A stretch of DNA of 64,000 nucleotides, taken from Trichinella spiralis (taxonomy: Eukaryota). The stretch covers positions 9,284,849 to 9,348,848 of the forward strand of contig NW_003526943.1 of NCBI RefSeq assembly GCF_000181795.1. The letters run 5' to 3'. A model generated the notes under the pieces. That model did no database searches and was not told the DNA's origin. It saw nothing but the letters and a program-made list of their open reading frames with translations. The stretch's first letter is position 1. The number at the start of each line of letters is the position of its first letter. This document shows, in pieces, positions 1-11,207 of this stretch. The position numbers were made by a program, and so were the translations under genes.

Positions 1-1016
1 GTCTTCATTGTTTTGGCTCTTATTAAAAAGATGTTTAAGTCTACCATTTGGGAAAAAATTACGAAATGAATTATACCCTATGTTTCCAGAAAACCTAATT
101 TTTTATTGAGCAAATTTTGTTAAAATATTCCACAAAACTAAAACAATATAATCGATTACATATTTTGTTGAAAGGAAAATTTTTTTAATAATTTATTGTG
201 AAAAATCTGTTGTCTTATACATTCTGCCTGCAATTTTAAGGCTTACTTTGGTACTGTCATACTTATTCAGAAATGTTAACATAAATTCAATAATTGTTTA
301 GTCAACTGGTTTTCAGTTCTTTGGCATCACGAAAGTGAAAAGTTCCTATTTAGCTGAATTCAAAATATTCACCAAATTGTATCTATCCAAAAATGTCTGA
401 AATTTTTTCATTGAAACATCTCATTGGTATTAAAAAAAACATTTCATTGGCCAGTAGTCAATTAATAAAATTCATAGTTATATTTTTCAACGCTAAGTGA
501 CTGTTAATGCAATCTGAAATCAACTTTGTTCTAAATTTAAAACTTTCTACTAAGCAGTTTTTCAAGAATTTATTATTTTTGGGATTAATGTCTCATTTAT
601 ATAAAAAGGTTTAGATGACAAACTTTTATTTATTAGAGTTTAATCAATCAATCGATACATACTAAAATAACAGCGAGAAATAAATGAATTCACATTTTCA
701 TTTGCTCTATTTTAATTGCGCAGTAAAATACTGACAAAAATATGAATAAGAATCAGTAAGAACAATAGAACAGACAAAGGCAATAGAATTGACAAAAGTA
801 GGTCAGCAAAGTCATCAAATTATTTTCTTAATTGAAACCAATCAGAGATCGATTTGTATCTACTAATTGTCCTCAAGAGGTCACACAGGCAAATATTGAC
901 CAATCATATTCTTTTTGCCCTTATTGTTCCTTTTAGTTCACTGAAAATTCTCATTATAAAAGCGTACACTACTCATTTCTGCGCCATTTTGTGAATTTGT
1001 TATCTTGTTGCATTAG

Positions 1017-1331
<315 letters not shown>

Positions 1332-1369
1332 TTTTTACTTTAATTTTTAATTTTACTTTAAAACCCAAC

Positions 1370-1385
1370 GGTCCTTATTAGGACC
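1370..1385 (+). promoter_or_regulatory. Histone 3' stem-loop (H4)
   Basis: CCCAAC followed by GGTCCT-TATT-AGGACC: 6-bp stem, 4-nt loop, about 40 nt after the stop codon. Confidence 0.93.
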
Positions 1386-2569
1386 ATTAATGTTTTATTA
1401 TTAAATTGCAATTATGGTATTAAAAAAATTAACATTTTTTGGCTATTTCAAAAATATTTATTAGGGATATGATATTTCATGTAGCAAATGATGTTTTTTA
1501 AAAAGCTGCATTTATAAGTGTAAAGTTTTTAAATATGTAAAATATAAAAGATGTATTTGAAGCACAATTTTTGGTTTTCGTATTACATGATACATTTTGC
1601 TGAAAGCAATTTTCTCACTTAAAAGGGTATTTTTTTTCTGCTTTAGTTTGTGATTATAGTTCAATTCTTTGTTATATGGTGTTTTTTATCTGCTTGCCAA
1701 TAGCATTGTTAATAAGAAAAGCAGACCAATAAAATCATCACTTAAGTAATTTAGAATGTTACAAATGGCACAACAGTATTTTATAATAAAAGCTTTTGAT
1801 GAGTTCATGCTTCCGCAAGAAGTTATCAAACTTTATATTATTTGCTTGCTTTGCTAATTCATGATTTTCTTATTCTGCTCAGCTACGTTTTTAGTATCAG
1901 CTTTACTCAAGTGAATAATGCATTTCATCTCAATAAATCAGTAATGGTTAAGTAAATAACCTTTGGATTTTTCAATCATGTTTAGCTTTTTCATCATGAT
2001 TATCATCAAATTGCACATATTGCACTAAGTCATGTTTGTTGAAAAGACAGGACATGGAGAACAAGACGTCAAATGTCTTCTTTGTAAGGCATGTTTGAAA
2101 AATCTAGAAGTTTAATCTCTCCTAAAGAGGTGACTATGTCTTAGATCTAAATTCCATAGTAAATTCTACATCAACTATGTAAACTGGTTTCTTTTCTGAA
2201 CTCTTTGATGTGAAAATATTTAAAGTCACAAGAAAAAATTAAGACACACCCATAATAGTATTTTTCAAATTTTCATCATGGCATTGCTATTGCAAATATC
2301 CTTGAATATTTTAATTTCACTGCAACGTGTGACTTATTTCACTGCTACTATGTTCAATACAACTTTGAATTTACAGAACGGTGACAAATTAGAAATGAAA
2401 GCTACCTGTTTGAACGACTTATTGCTATTTAAATAATTCTTAATTCATCTGATATTTTTATTTTCATACGTTTCATGTTTGCACAGTATAGTTAATTTTA
2501 CTCAATTAAAACAAAACATTAATACACAAAACAAAGTAAAACTGACTGCCTCATTAAGGAATAAATTTC

Positions 2570-2585
2570 AGCCCTTATAAGGACT
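2570..2585 (-). promoter_or_regulatory. Histone 3' stem-loop (H3 pseudogene, mutated)
   Basis: Minus strand CCCAAT then AGTCCT-TATA-AGGGCT; the basal G-C pair is replaced by A-T. Confidence 0.85.
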
Positions 2586-2632
2586 ATTGGGTTAGAGATT
2601 TTATTAAAAAACAACAAGAAAATAGCAAAAAA

Positions 2633-3043
2633 TTAAGCTCGCTCACCTCGGATGCGTCGCGCCAACTGAATATCCTTAGGCATAAAAGTCACACGTTTGG
2701 CGTGAATAGCGCACAAGTTTGCATCTTCGAATAGACCAATTAGATAAGCTTCAGCTGCTTCCTGTAAAGACAAAACCGCTGATGACTGGAATCGCAAGTC
2801 TGTTTTGTAATCTTGGGCGACTTCCCGAACCAGACACTGGAACGGCAACTTCCATATCAACAGTTTTGTGCTTTTTTGATAACGTCGAATTTCACGAAGA
2901 GCCACGGTTCCTGGACAATAACGGTGTGGTTTCTTCACTCCGCCAGCACTGGGGGCAGACTTTCATGTTGCTTTAGTAGCCAATTGTTTACGAGGGGCTT
3001 TACCATCAGTACTCTTACGAGCGGTTTGCTTAGTACGCTCCAT
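2633..3043 (-). pseudogene. H3: Histone H3 pseudogene (premature stop)
   Basis: ATG at 3043, 137 codons: [44 protein letters not shown]...RGERA. In-frame TGA at 2963-2965 (R26), plus G12D, R42C, E59K, R63W and R69C at normally invariant residues. Confidence 0.93.
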
Positions 3044-3599
3044 GATCTGTTAGAAACTTCAAACTGAACAGGGCCGCATATTTTCAGCAATATATGAAAG
3101 TGAAGTTAACTGTAATTGTTCAATATTTTTGGCTGAAAATTATTGGCTAAAAAAGCAGAGGAACTGAGTAATAGAACTTGTGATTAGCGTAGCCTCTTTT
3201 AGTTCCAACATTCCTCATTTGTATGAAATTGAGTAGGTTCATTTCAAATGTTGCAAACGGCCAATTTTTGTTTATATTACTGATTCAAAATTACTTTGTA
3301 AATTGTAGCGTTTTAAAAGTTTTGCAAATTCATAATAACAATGTATTCTTTCAAAAATAATTCTACTTGTAAAAAGTGTAGCAGATTGAAATTCAACTCC
3401 TGATAGAACTATAGTGATATTTAAAAATTTGAAAGCATACATTTTAAAAAACATATCAGTTGCACATAAAGCACACAAATTAGTCTAATCATTTCAATCA
3501 CCTTTCATTTTTACAATCATTTTAATTCATATCTGGTAATTATTAGTTTTTTTCATCAACATTAATAAATTTATTGACATTTTCAAGATGACAACAAAT

Positions 3600-3615
3600 G
3601 GCCCTGAAAAGGACC
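3600..3615 (-). promoter_or_regulatory. Histone 3' stem-loop (H2B pseudogene)
   Basis: Minus strand CCAAC then GGTCCT-TTTC-AGGGCC, a canonical stem-loop. Confidence 0.92.
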
Positions 3616-3659
3616 GTTGGATTGCAACATTCACTTAATTTAGAGTAGAACTGGCGCTC

Positions 3660-4019
3660 TTACTTGGTACTAGTGTACTTAGTGACAGCTTTGGCGCCTT
3701 TACTAACGGCATGCTTACTAAATTCACCAGGCAAAAGTAAGTGCACAGCCGTTTGAATTTCTCATAAACTCATTGTATTGTGATGATTGTAGTGAGCCAG
3801 GTGACTCGACTCAGCTGCAATGCGGTCAGAAATATTATTAGCAAAGCTATCATAATCAATATCACTTTGTTAGTAATGCTGGTATCCGGATAAACCTTTC
3901 TAAATGTAGCTAGTAAAGGATTATTTCTTCTAACGACGCCATCACTGATCACTGGGTTTCACTACCATCTGCACTTTGACAGCTTTCTTTATACCTTTCA
4001 CGTCAGTTTTCAGGGGCAT
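3660..4019 (-). pseudogene. H2B: Histone H2B pseudogene (multiple stops and frameshifts)
   Basis: MPLKTDVKGIKKAVKVQ...; VYPDTSITNK lies in a shifted frame; DRIAAESSHLAHYN...[33 protein letters not shown]. Several in-frame stops. Divergent from H2A across about 230 bp. Confidence 0.92.
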
Positions 4020-4253
4020 ACTGATGAAAACAAAAGTATTGAATTTATTGTTCTATTTTTTCAAGCGCAAAGGTCAATCTGTGACCAGAAAATTGCTATT
4101 CTAGACGACACGGCACAAATATTCAAGGTCAACCAATAGGATTCAAGTATAACTTTTTTGATGTGAATTTTGCCCTCTTGTTTTGCAATGCACAGGTATT
4201 TAAGGTGAGAAACTGTAGCATGAGCCATTCTGCTGCTTGTTTGAACGTTGGTG

Positions 4254-4649
4254 ATGCCTGATTGCAGTAAGCAAAACCAAATTAGAAAGACGAAGTCTCG
4301 TTCTAAACAAGCTAGCCTTCAGTTTTCAGTGAGTCGTGTGTATCGTCTCCTGAGAATACGACGTTACAGTGAACATACCGGTGCCGGCGCTCCAGTTTAT
4401 CTCGCAGCAGTAATGCAATATTTAACTGCTGAAATTTTAGAGCTGGCTGGCAATGCAGCTCATGAAAATAAGAAAAATCGTATTAGCCCTCGTCATTTGC
4501 AGCAAGCAATTCATAATGATGAGGAGCTAAACAAGTTTTTCACTGTTACCATTGCTCAAGGAGGTGCATTGCGGAATGCCTATGCACCTCACCGGTCGCA
4601 GAATGACGAAAACCTATCAGAAAGAATGCGATCTCTACAGTTGAAATAA
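4254..4649 (+). CDS. H2A: Divergent histone H2A (ORF intact; variant or incipient pseudogene)
   Basis: [27 protein letters not shown]...[16 protein letters not shown]...VTIAQGG core. Many R->H/Q/C changes and a non-canonical C-terminal tail. Stem-loop downstream. Confidence 0.8.
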   Translation: MPDCSKQNQIRKTKSRSKQASLQFSVSRVYRLLRIRRYSEHTGAGAPVYLAAVMQYLTAEILELAGNAAHENKKNRISPRHLQQAIHNDEELNKFFTVTIAQGGALRNAYAPHRSQNDENLSERMRSLQLK

Positions 4650-4669
4650 ATCACTATATTGAACCCAAC

Positions 4670-4685
4670 GGTCCTTTTGAGGGCC
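4670..4685 (+). promoter_or_regulatory. Histone 3' stem-loop (H2A)
   Basis: CCCAAC then GGTCCT-TTTG-AGGGCC, about 20 nt after the stop codon. Confidence 0.92.
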
Positions 4686-7188
4686 AGTTCCTATTTTAAT
4701 ATCTAAATATTGACATACAATCATATTATGCTAATAAAGCAAATATTTGTCATTACCAGAGGTAACTATTTACATATTTCATCGAGCACAATACTTATAG
4801 GACTGGGTTCATTAACTAATAAATGAAATAAAATTCGAGGATTTTAGTAAAGATATTTACCTTTCAGAAACAATTCACTTTACAAATTAAATGAAATCGT
4901 CAGTATCAAATATTGCTAATTTGAATGCCATAGCAAATGTTTTCAAGTATTCAAATTTTTCGACTGTAATGTATGTGACAATTGACTAGTGGTATTCTAT
5001 TTATCTTTAAGCTCATTCTTGCTGTGAATTTTGCAAATCTGTTGCCCTGTTATATTGATGTGGGCTAGTTGTTGCTGCGCTAATCTTTATTCAATTTGCC
5101 TTATTTAATAATAACAGTCTTGAACTGAATGATGCTATCTGCTGTACAGAATATCAAGTTGCATTGCATTAGGTAATACAATTTAGTAACTGAAAACAGA
5201 AGTTTCTAACTACTTCAAAAATTAAAGTTATTCTAAAGAATTTATGGTGTTAATGCTAAAATTTCCTATACAAAATTATTTTGCATGCATTTTAGGCAGC
5301 TTTGTGCCACTGAATGAATTTAAAAGTGCTTTTCTAAAAATGCGTAAAGCAGCATCGCTTCTAATATTTCTACTTTTACTATAAAAAATATAAGCTTAAT
5401 CATTATAAAAATTTGGCATATCACGATATGAATATTGCTTAGCAGCCTACGTCTGTGAAACACTAATTATTAGAGAAAAATGAAACAAAAAATTTTGTCT
5501 GCAATTTACAAATGAAATTGCATTTATTGTTCACAAATCTGCAAACGGTAGTGGAGATGTCGATGCTCACACACCAGTTCACACCAGATACATAGCAGAT
5601 GTTCACAGCAGTTTTCAAAAATTTACACATTGTGAGCCATGACATTTCATTAATTGCTTAAAAAATTCCTGCTTTTTCTTGTGTTATTTGACTGACCAAG
5701 TTTTGATTGTTTAATTTTGAAAATGATTTCTAAAGACTGTAATAGTATGCTATTAACAAGGAGAAATGCTTTTTTCCAGGCATAGCTAAAATGTACTTTA
5801 TGTGTCAACAAGAATTAATACAAATTTTATTTAAAAAATAATTCTTAAAAATAAGGATATGAATATTATTTTTATTTCATGATTAGTTCAAATAAACGTG
5901 TAGTAGATAATTCGTTTATCAATGTTCAGATTAAGCAGACTGATTGTTATAAGAGCTGTTGTTACAACTAATCAACTATGATACAGAGCTGACCTAGAAC
6001 ATGCTTCCAATCTGAGCTTATCGAGGAAAGATAAGGAAAAATAAATCTTTACCAATACAGTTGCAATACATGATAATGCAGCTATACACAGAGACAAGAC
6101 CTGCTGAAGGCACATACAGACTAAAACGTAACTCTCAGGACATCTGTATAATTTAGGCTCTTCAGTGACACAATGACTTTATTGGATAATCAGGTCAAGG
6201 GTTCAATCGCGTCAACTAACCGTAGCTGCAACTAACCGTTGTTTATAGTGTACATTTCTTCACTCAGGACCGTTGGATGGTCTGGCAGCTACTAGCTTTA
6301 CTATCCTTTATTGACAGCTTCAGTATGTGCTGTCTATCATATGCTTCCATCAGTGGACCCTCTGGCTGAGGTAGCGCAGCCATCAGTTTCATAAATGTGT
6401 TCTCTGGTTGGCAAGTTATTGCGTAACAGCAAAGCTAATCTCTTTCTTGATGAAATAAATAAGTCCACTTAACCTACTTTATCAGTATAGTGCTTTGACT
6501 GTCACAAAAAGTATTGCACAAAGCACTGAAAATTGAATGCATTGCGTTTTGTTGCGTTGATTAGCGATTTATTGCAATCAGCTCTGATTTCTGACCTCTT
6601 TTACGTTTGGCAAACATTCGAGATAAGAAGCAATGCAAGGTGATTGATTATAATTTTCTGGAGTAAGCATAAAAGAAAATAATAATCGGACGAAGTCTCA
6701 ATATGCACTCAAGAGCACATAAGAGAAGCACACTGCATCTGCCTACCCATCATCACTGAAAATCAAGTACAGCGTAGATGCTAGTAGCAGTAAAATTGAA
6801 GCTTCTTCTGCAAAGAGTACATCTTGTCTAGAATTAAATAAATGACAATAAAATATCAAAAGTTTGTGGCTGCGTCACAGATTTATGAGAAAAAAATTTT
6901 ATTCTTTACGGTTAATCTTACTTGATGTTTTACTTTCTTATCTTCTTTACAAGAAAACGTTCGTCTTTGATTCTACAAACAGACAAATTTGTTGTTCTTA
7001 CGTAACTCAGCTTAATTACCAGATTTTCTCACTAAACGTTCAGTTGACAAATCGCCGTATTTCTTAATTTTTGCTTTTACCTCCACGTAGTGCTGGCATT
7101 CTGATGTTAATTTCCGTGGATTTCAAGCTTGCAAATAAACAAATTGATTGAGAATGCAATAAAAATTAAAATCCTCTTGCACTAGTAC

Positions 7189-7720
7189 ACAGTTAGTCCC
7201 AGCTATTTGTTCAGAATTAGCTCTCGATGACACTTTGACGGTGTGACACACCCCACTTTAGAAAAACACGTGTAAAAAGCTGGAAGTATGTTCGGTTTTT
7301 ATGAAATTTATTGGATAGTACGAAGAATGCTGTATATGATGGTATCAAAGTATTTTCAATTTTGATAATTTTAAGGCCTTTTATTGGCAAAAAATTCAAC
7401 AAAATTAACGTTAAAAAATCGTAATTTTCCAGTTTTCTTCGTGTGAAATTTGTGAAACAAATAATAAACTTGAGTGGAGCCCGTTATTTTGCACATTTTG
7501 ATACCAAACTCAGGTCTATAGTCATTTTTTTGGTTGCAAAACGACTACGTTTTCTAAGCCCTTTCTATAGTTTTAGCATAAACATATGGAAAAGTGTTGA
7601 GCAGGAAATCGATATTCCACTTTTTTTGGACTATTCTGTCCGCATTTTGAAATTTCTGGACAGTATTTTGAGCTAATTTTAAAAATCCTTACAAACCATC
7701 AGCATTTTGGACTGATACTG
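7189..7720. mobile_element. Possible degenerate non-autonomous DNA transposon (MITE)
   Basis: Imperfect terminal inverted similarity (CAGTTAGTCC...AATTAGCTC vs GAGCTAATT...GGACTGATACTG) and an internal inverted motif TGGTATCAAA/TTTGATACCA. No coding capacity. Confidence 0.35.
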
Positions 7721-8504
7721 AGCAGCATGTGTCAACGTGCGGACGAAGTAGATTCGTCAATACATACCATGCAAACCTGACAAATATGATTTAAAAATGT
7801 ATACAATCTGGTGCATATTTAAATGAAAATCAAATTTTAGGATTTTTAATTGTTTAACAGTTTTTAATACTGGACTGTTTTATTATCACTGTATTTTATT
7901 AGAAGATTAATCGTAAAGAATTAAATGGCTGTACAAAAATATTTTGAAAATTTAAAGATTTAAAATGTCTTGAATCCAATTTTGATTTATTTTAGGAAAT
8001 ATATAAAACTTTGATTTTCCTGAAATCACTGACTAATACATTTTAATATTTTTAGCTGGCTATCTATTACGATATTAGATTACTATCATTGACTAAGGCA
8101 ACATTTAATATCATCACTCAGCATATAAAAAATTAAACTCTTCTATTCACCTATAACATTCTCCCGTGATTTTCGGTTTCTTTCAATTTTAAATTACAAT
8201 TTATATATTGATATCAAAATATTCACTGTACTGAAAACATTTCAATAATAAAGCATGCATTAATTGTAACCAGCATAAAAATTGTTTAGCGGCCAACAAA
8301 AGGTATCTTTACAAACGCTTATTAAATTCACTCATTTGCAACTTTCAAGCGCCATTATTACTTTACCATATGTAAAGTTTTAAAGGCAGTTGTTTATTTA
8401 TGATTAAAAATGAAATTAATAAAATTGCTGAAATATAAAAACTAAATTTGCAGCATTATGCTTGGCATCAGAACAAGTTACCTTTTTGTTTTGTTTTCGA
8501 CAGC

Positions 8505-8770
8505 AGCGGATGACAACAGGAAAATAGGAAAGGGATGTTACAAAAAATGCATATTCTGCTGAGTTCTGAAGATAAGGCACCATCAGGCAAATTTTTTTAT
8601 TTGATGGTGACTAACTATATTGACTCTTGGTATATGAATAAAAGTTTTAAATATATTTTTCAAATATTAACAAATTTTAAAATTTAAAATACTGCTTGCA
8701 TTCTCATGTAATTTTAAAGCGCTGTTAATTACAATATCATTATAGCTGCAATCGTTTGAAAAGTTTCATT
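8505..8770 (+). pseudogene. Possible highly decayed histone H4 relic
   Basis: Weak patches resembling H4 (e.g. TTGGTATATGAATAAA vs TTGATTTATGAAGAAA), in the position and orientation expected upstream of the H3 relic. Confidence 0.3.
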
Positions 8771-9189
8771 AAGTTTTTCAGCAATTGCAGAAACGAAGCA
8801 CATTGATTTTTCTGGCGTGATTTTTTCATTACAAATTACTTCAGAAAATGCAAAACTGATGTGATGAAAATTGCGATTGACAAGAATGGGTTATGAATAA
8901 TTAACTGAACTACTTTCTGTTCAGCATATTCTCAGTATTCAGTTTATTGTAAAAAATAATATATTTACGATTATTTCAGCAAAATATATAATCATTTATG
9001 TTTTGAAACTGATATTATTGCTGATAACATAATCTTTTATTCAATAGTTTGTGCTGGTTCATGTAGTTCATCATCACTGGAGACGTTCATAGGCCTGAGC
9101 TTTAAATGATATGACCACTAAAATATGATGAATATGAAATTGAATATTACAAAAGAAAAAATATCACAAAAGCATCATGTAAAGCAAAA

Positions 9190-9543
9190 CAAAATCATCT
9201 GGGATAATCAATTCATTTGGATATCCTTAGCATAATAGTTATACGCATAAATGCTTTGTGCCATTAAACAAATAGCCAGATAGTTCTTGTAAAGTGAAGA
9301 CTGACGATGATCAAAATCACAAGTCAGTTTGATAGTCTTGCAACATCACAGAAATTGGAATAATGAATTCTGGATCAGCAGCTTTCCATTTTTTTGATGT
9401 TGCTAAATTTTGGGAGAACTGTTGATCTTGGAAGACATCCGTGAAGCTTCTTCTTGCGTTAGCACTGGCAGCAGACTTTCGAGCTTATTTAATAGTCAAT
9501 TGCTTTTTAATTAGCACTTTTGTGTAAGGTTAGTCTTTCTTAT
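9190..9543 (-). pseudogene. Highly decayed histone H3 relic
   Basis: Colinear with 2640-3043: GATATCCTTAGCATAATAGT vs AATATCCTTAGGCATAAAAGT; AGCACTGGCAGCAGACTTTC vs AGCACTGGGGGCAGACTTTC. Translated patches QDYQTDL*F*SSSVFTLQE. Confidence 0.8.
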
Positions 9544-10107
9544 GTCTAATTAGACTGTCATAAGTCAAAAATTTTTAGCTGAAGCATAAACAACAACTAT
9601 GCATTCGTACACCTACGCATATATTTAGGCATATATGTGCTTATTATGAAAAAAAAGCATTCTTGATAACAGTTGAGCAGTTTAACTATAAAAAAATGAT
9701 TAGCTGAAAAAAATGAGGAAAATCATGTCAAAACGAAATGTTATCTTCAGAGACAACAGTCCAAGGATAAAAATTAATTAAATTACAAAAAAGTTTAAAA
9801 ACTTCAAACAATCTAAATTTATTAACTATGCTCAAATTTCCCACCTTTATATTTTTTACATAATGAGAATATCATGGCAATTTATCTTAGGAACTTCTTA
9901 GTTCCCTTTAAAAAATTTTCTTATTATTGATTCAATAATAAAAATAAATTGCATTTTTTAAATTTAAATACTGCCTTTTACTTATTTAAATTCATTTAAC
10001 ACAAAAGTGAAATTTTTTAGCTCTTTTGTTCATCGACGTTAAGACGCTTTTCAATTTTAAATGAAAAATCATTAAGGCACACAAACATCAACAACACCAA
10101 AAGATAT

Positions 10108-10486
10108 GGCCTTATAAAGAATTTTAGAATTGAAATTGAAAAAAGTAAGCTATTGCATTTATTGGAAAAGCAGCTTATTTGTATTTATTTTCTTCACTAA
10201 TAGCACGCTTACTAAATTCAACAGGCAAAAGTAAATGAAAAGTTGAACACGCTTTAAATTCTTATGAACTAATAATTGTAATAAAAAGAATATTGTGATA
10301 ATTCAACTAGGCAGGCAAGCAATCAAAAATATTGTTCACAAAACAATTCACGACTGACATTGCTTTCTGGATTGACTGTTTTTCTGGAACGACTGCTCTT
10401 TCCTATAGTGCTTCTAATTTTGCTACCTTTTGCCCTCTGTTATCTTTCCTTTTTATCTTTTCTACAGAAATTCTCAAAGGCCCAAT
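10108..10486 (-). pseudogene. Highly decayed histone H2B relic with stem-loop remnant
   Basis: GCACGCTTACTAAATTCAACAGGCAAAAGTAA matches GCATGCTTACTAAATTCACCAGGCAAAAGTAA at 3709-3740. Stem-loop remnant GGCCTT-ATAA-AGAATT at 10108-10123. Confidence 0.8.
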
Positions 10487-11207
10487 GTTCCAAAGGTGTA
10501 AATTTTTAAACTGAATCTTTGTTCATCCTGCTGAAGATTTTTCGTCATAGGGGGTCAATCTTCAAACAAAGCTTTTTAGTTATAAAATCATCCTAAAAAC
10601 TTATAGTGTGTTAATTTAAAAGTGGCCATGAGAACTAAATACAGCGCGTTCATATTTTTATCTATTGCTATTTGTGAATTTATTGATATTTGAATAGAAT
10701 TTAATTTATGGAGTTGTGATTGATTATTACACTGATTTTAACATTTAATGTTGAAATTATTAGTGGTAACTATATTTGTTTCTCACTATCTTTTGTTTGT
10801 TTGCCGTAGATCAGTTTATGATGAAATTATAACAATTAGTAATATGGCATTTTCATTTTGCTTTGTTATTGCTGTGCCCGGTTAGCCAGTACAGGTGAAC
10901 TGAAGGACAAGAAGAATAAATATTCCGGTACCGTTCAGGCCATTGATACTCTCGTTTACCGTGTTAAGATGATGAAGTATTGAATTGCGAAGTTTGGAAA
11001 GTGATCTTTTGAAAGAAAAGTTTTGATAAAAAATGAAAAGAAGTAAAGAAACAATAACAGACATTTATTGTTATTGAAACTTGTATGTTCATATTATCAT
11101 ATACATATGAATATATGTATATAAAATTAACACATATATTATAGATATAAATAAAACTTATAGAATAAGAAGAAACATGACGTTGAGAAAAATTGTAGAT
11201 GATCAAA

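Noticed and set aside
2633..2938. 101-aa ORF read as a tail-less functional H3
   Set aside because: It starts at a GTG downstream of the premature stop. The true ATG is at 3043 and the core has damaging substitutions.
5945..6850. Moderately GC-richer stretch resembling an LTR or retroelement remnant (TGT...ACA, AATAAA)
   Set aside because: No second LTR, target-site duplication, primer-binding site or recognisable protein motif could be established by eye.
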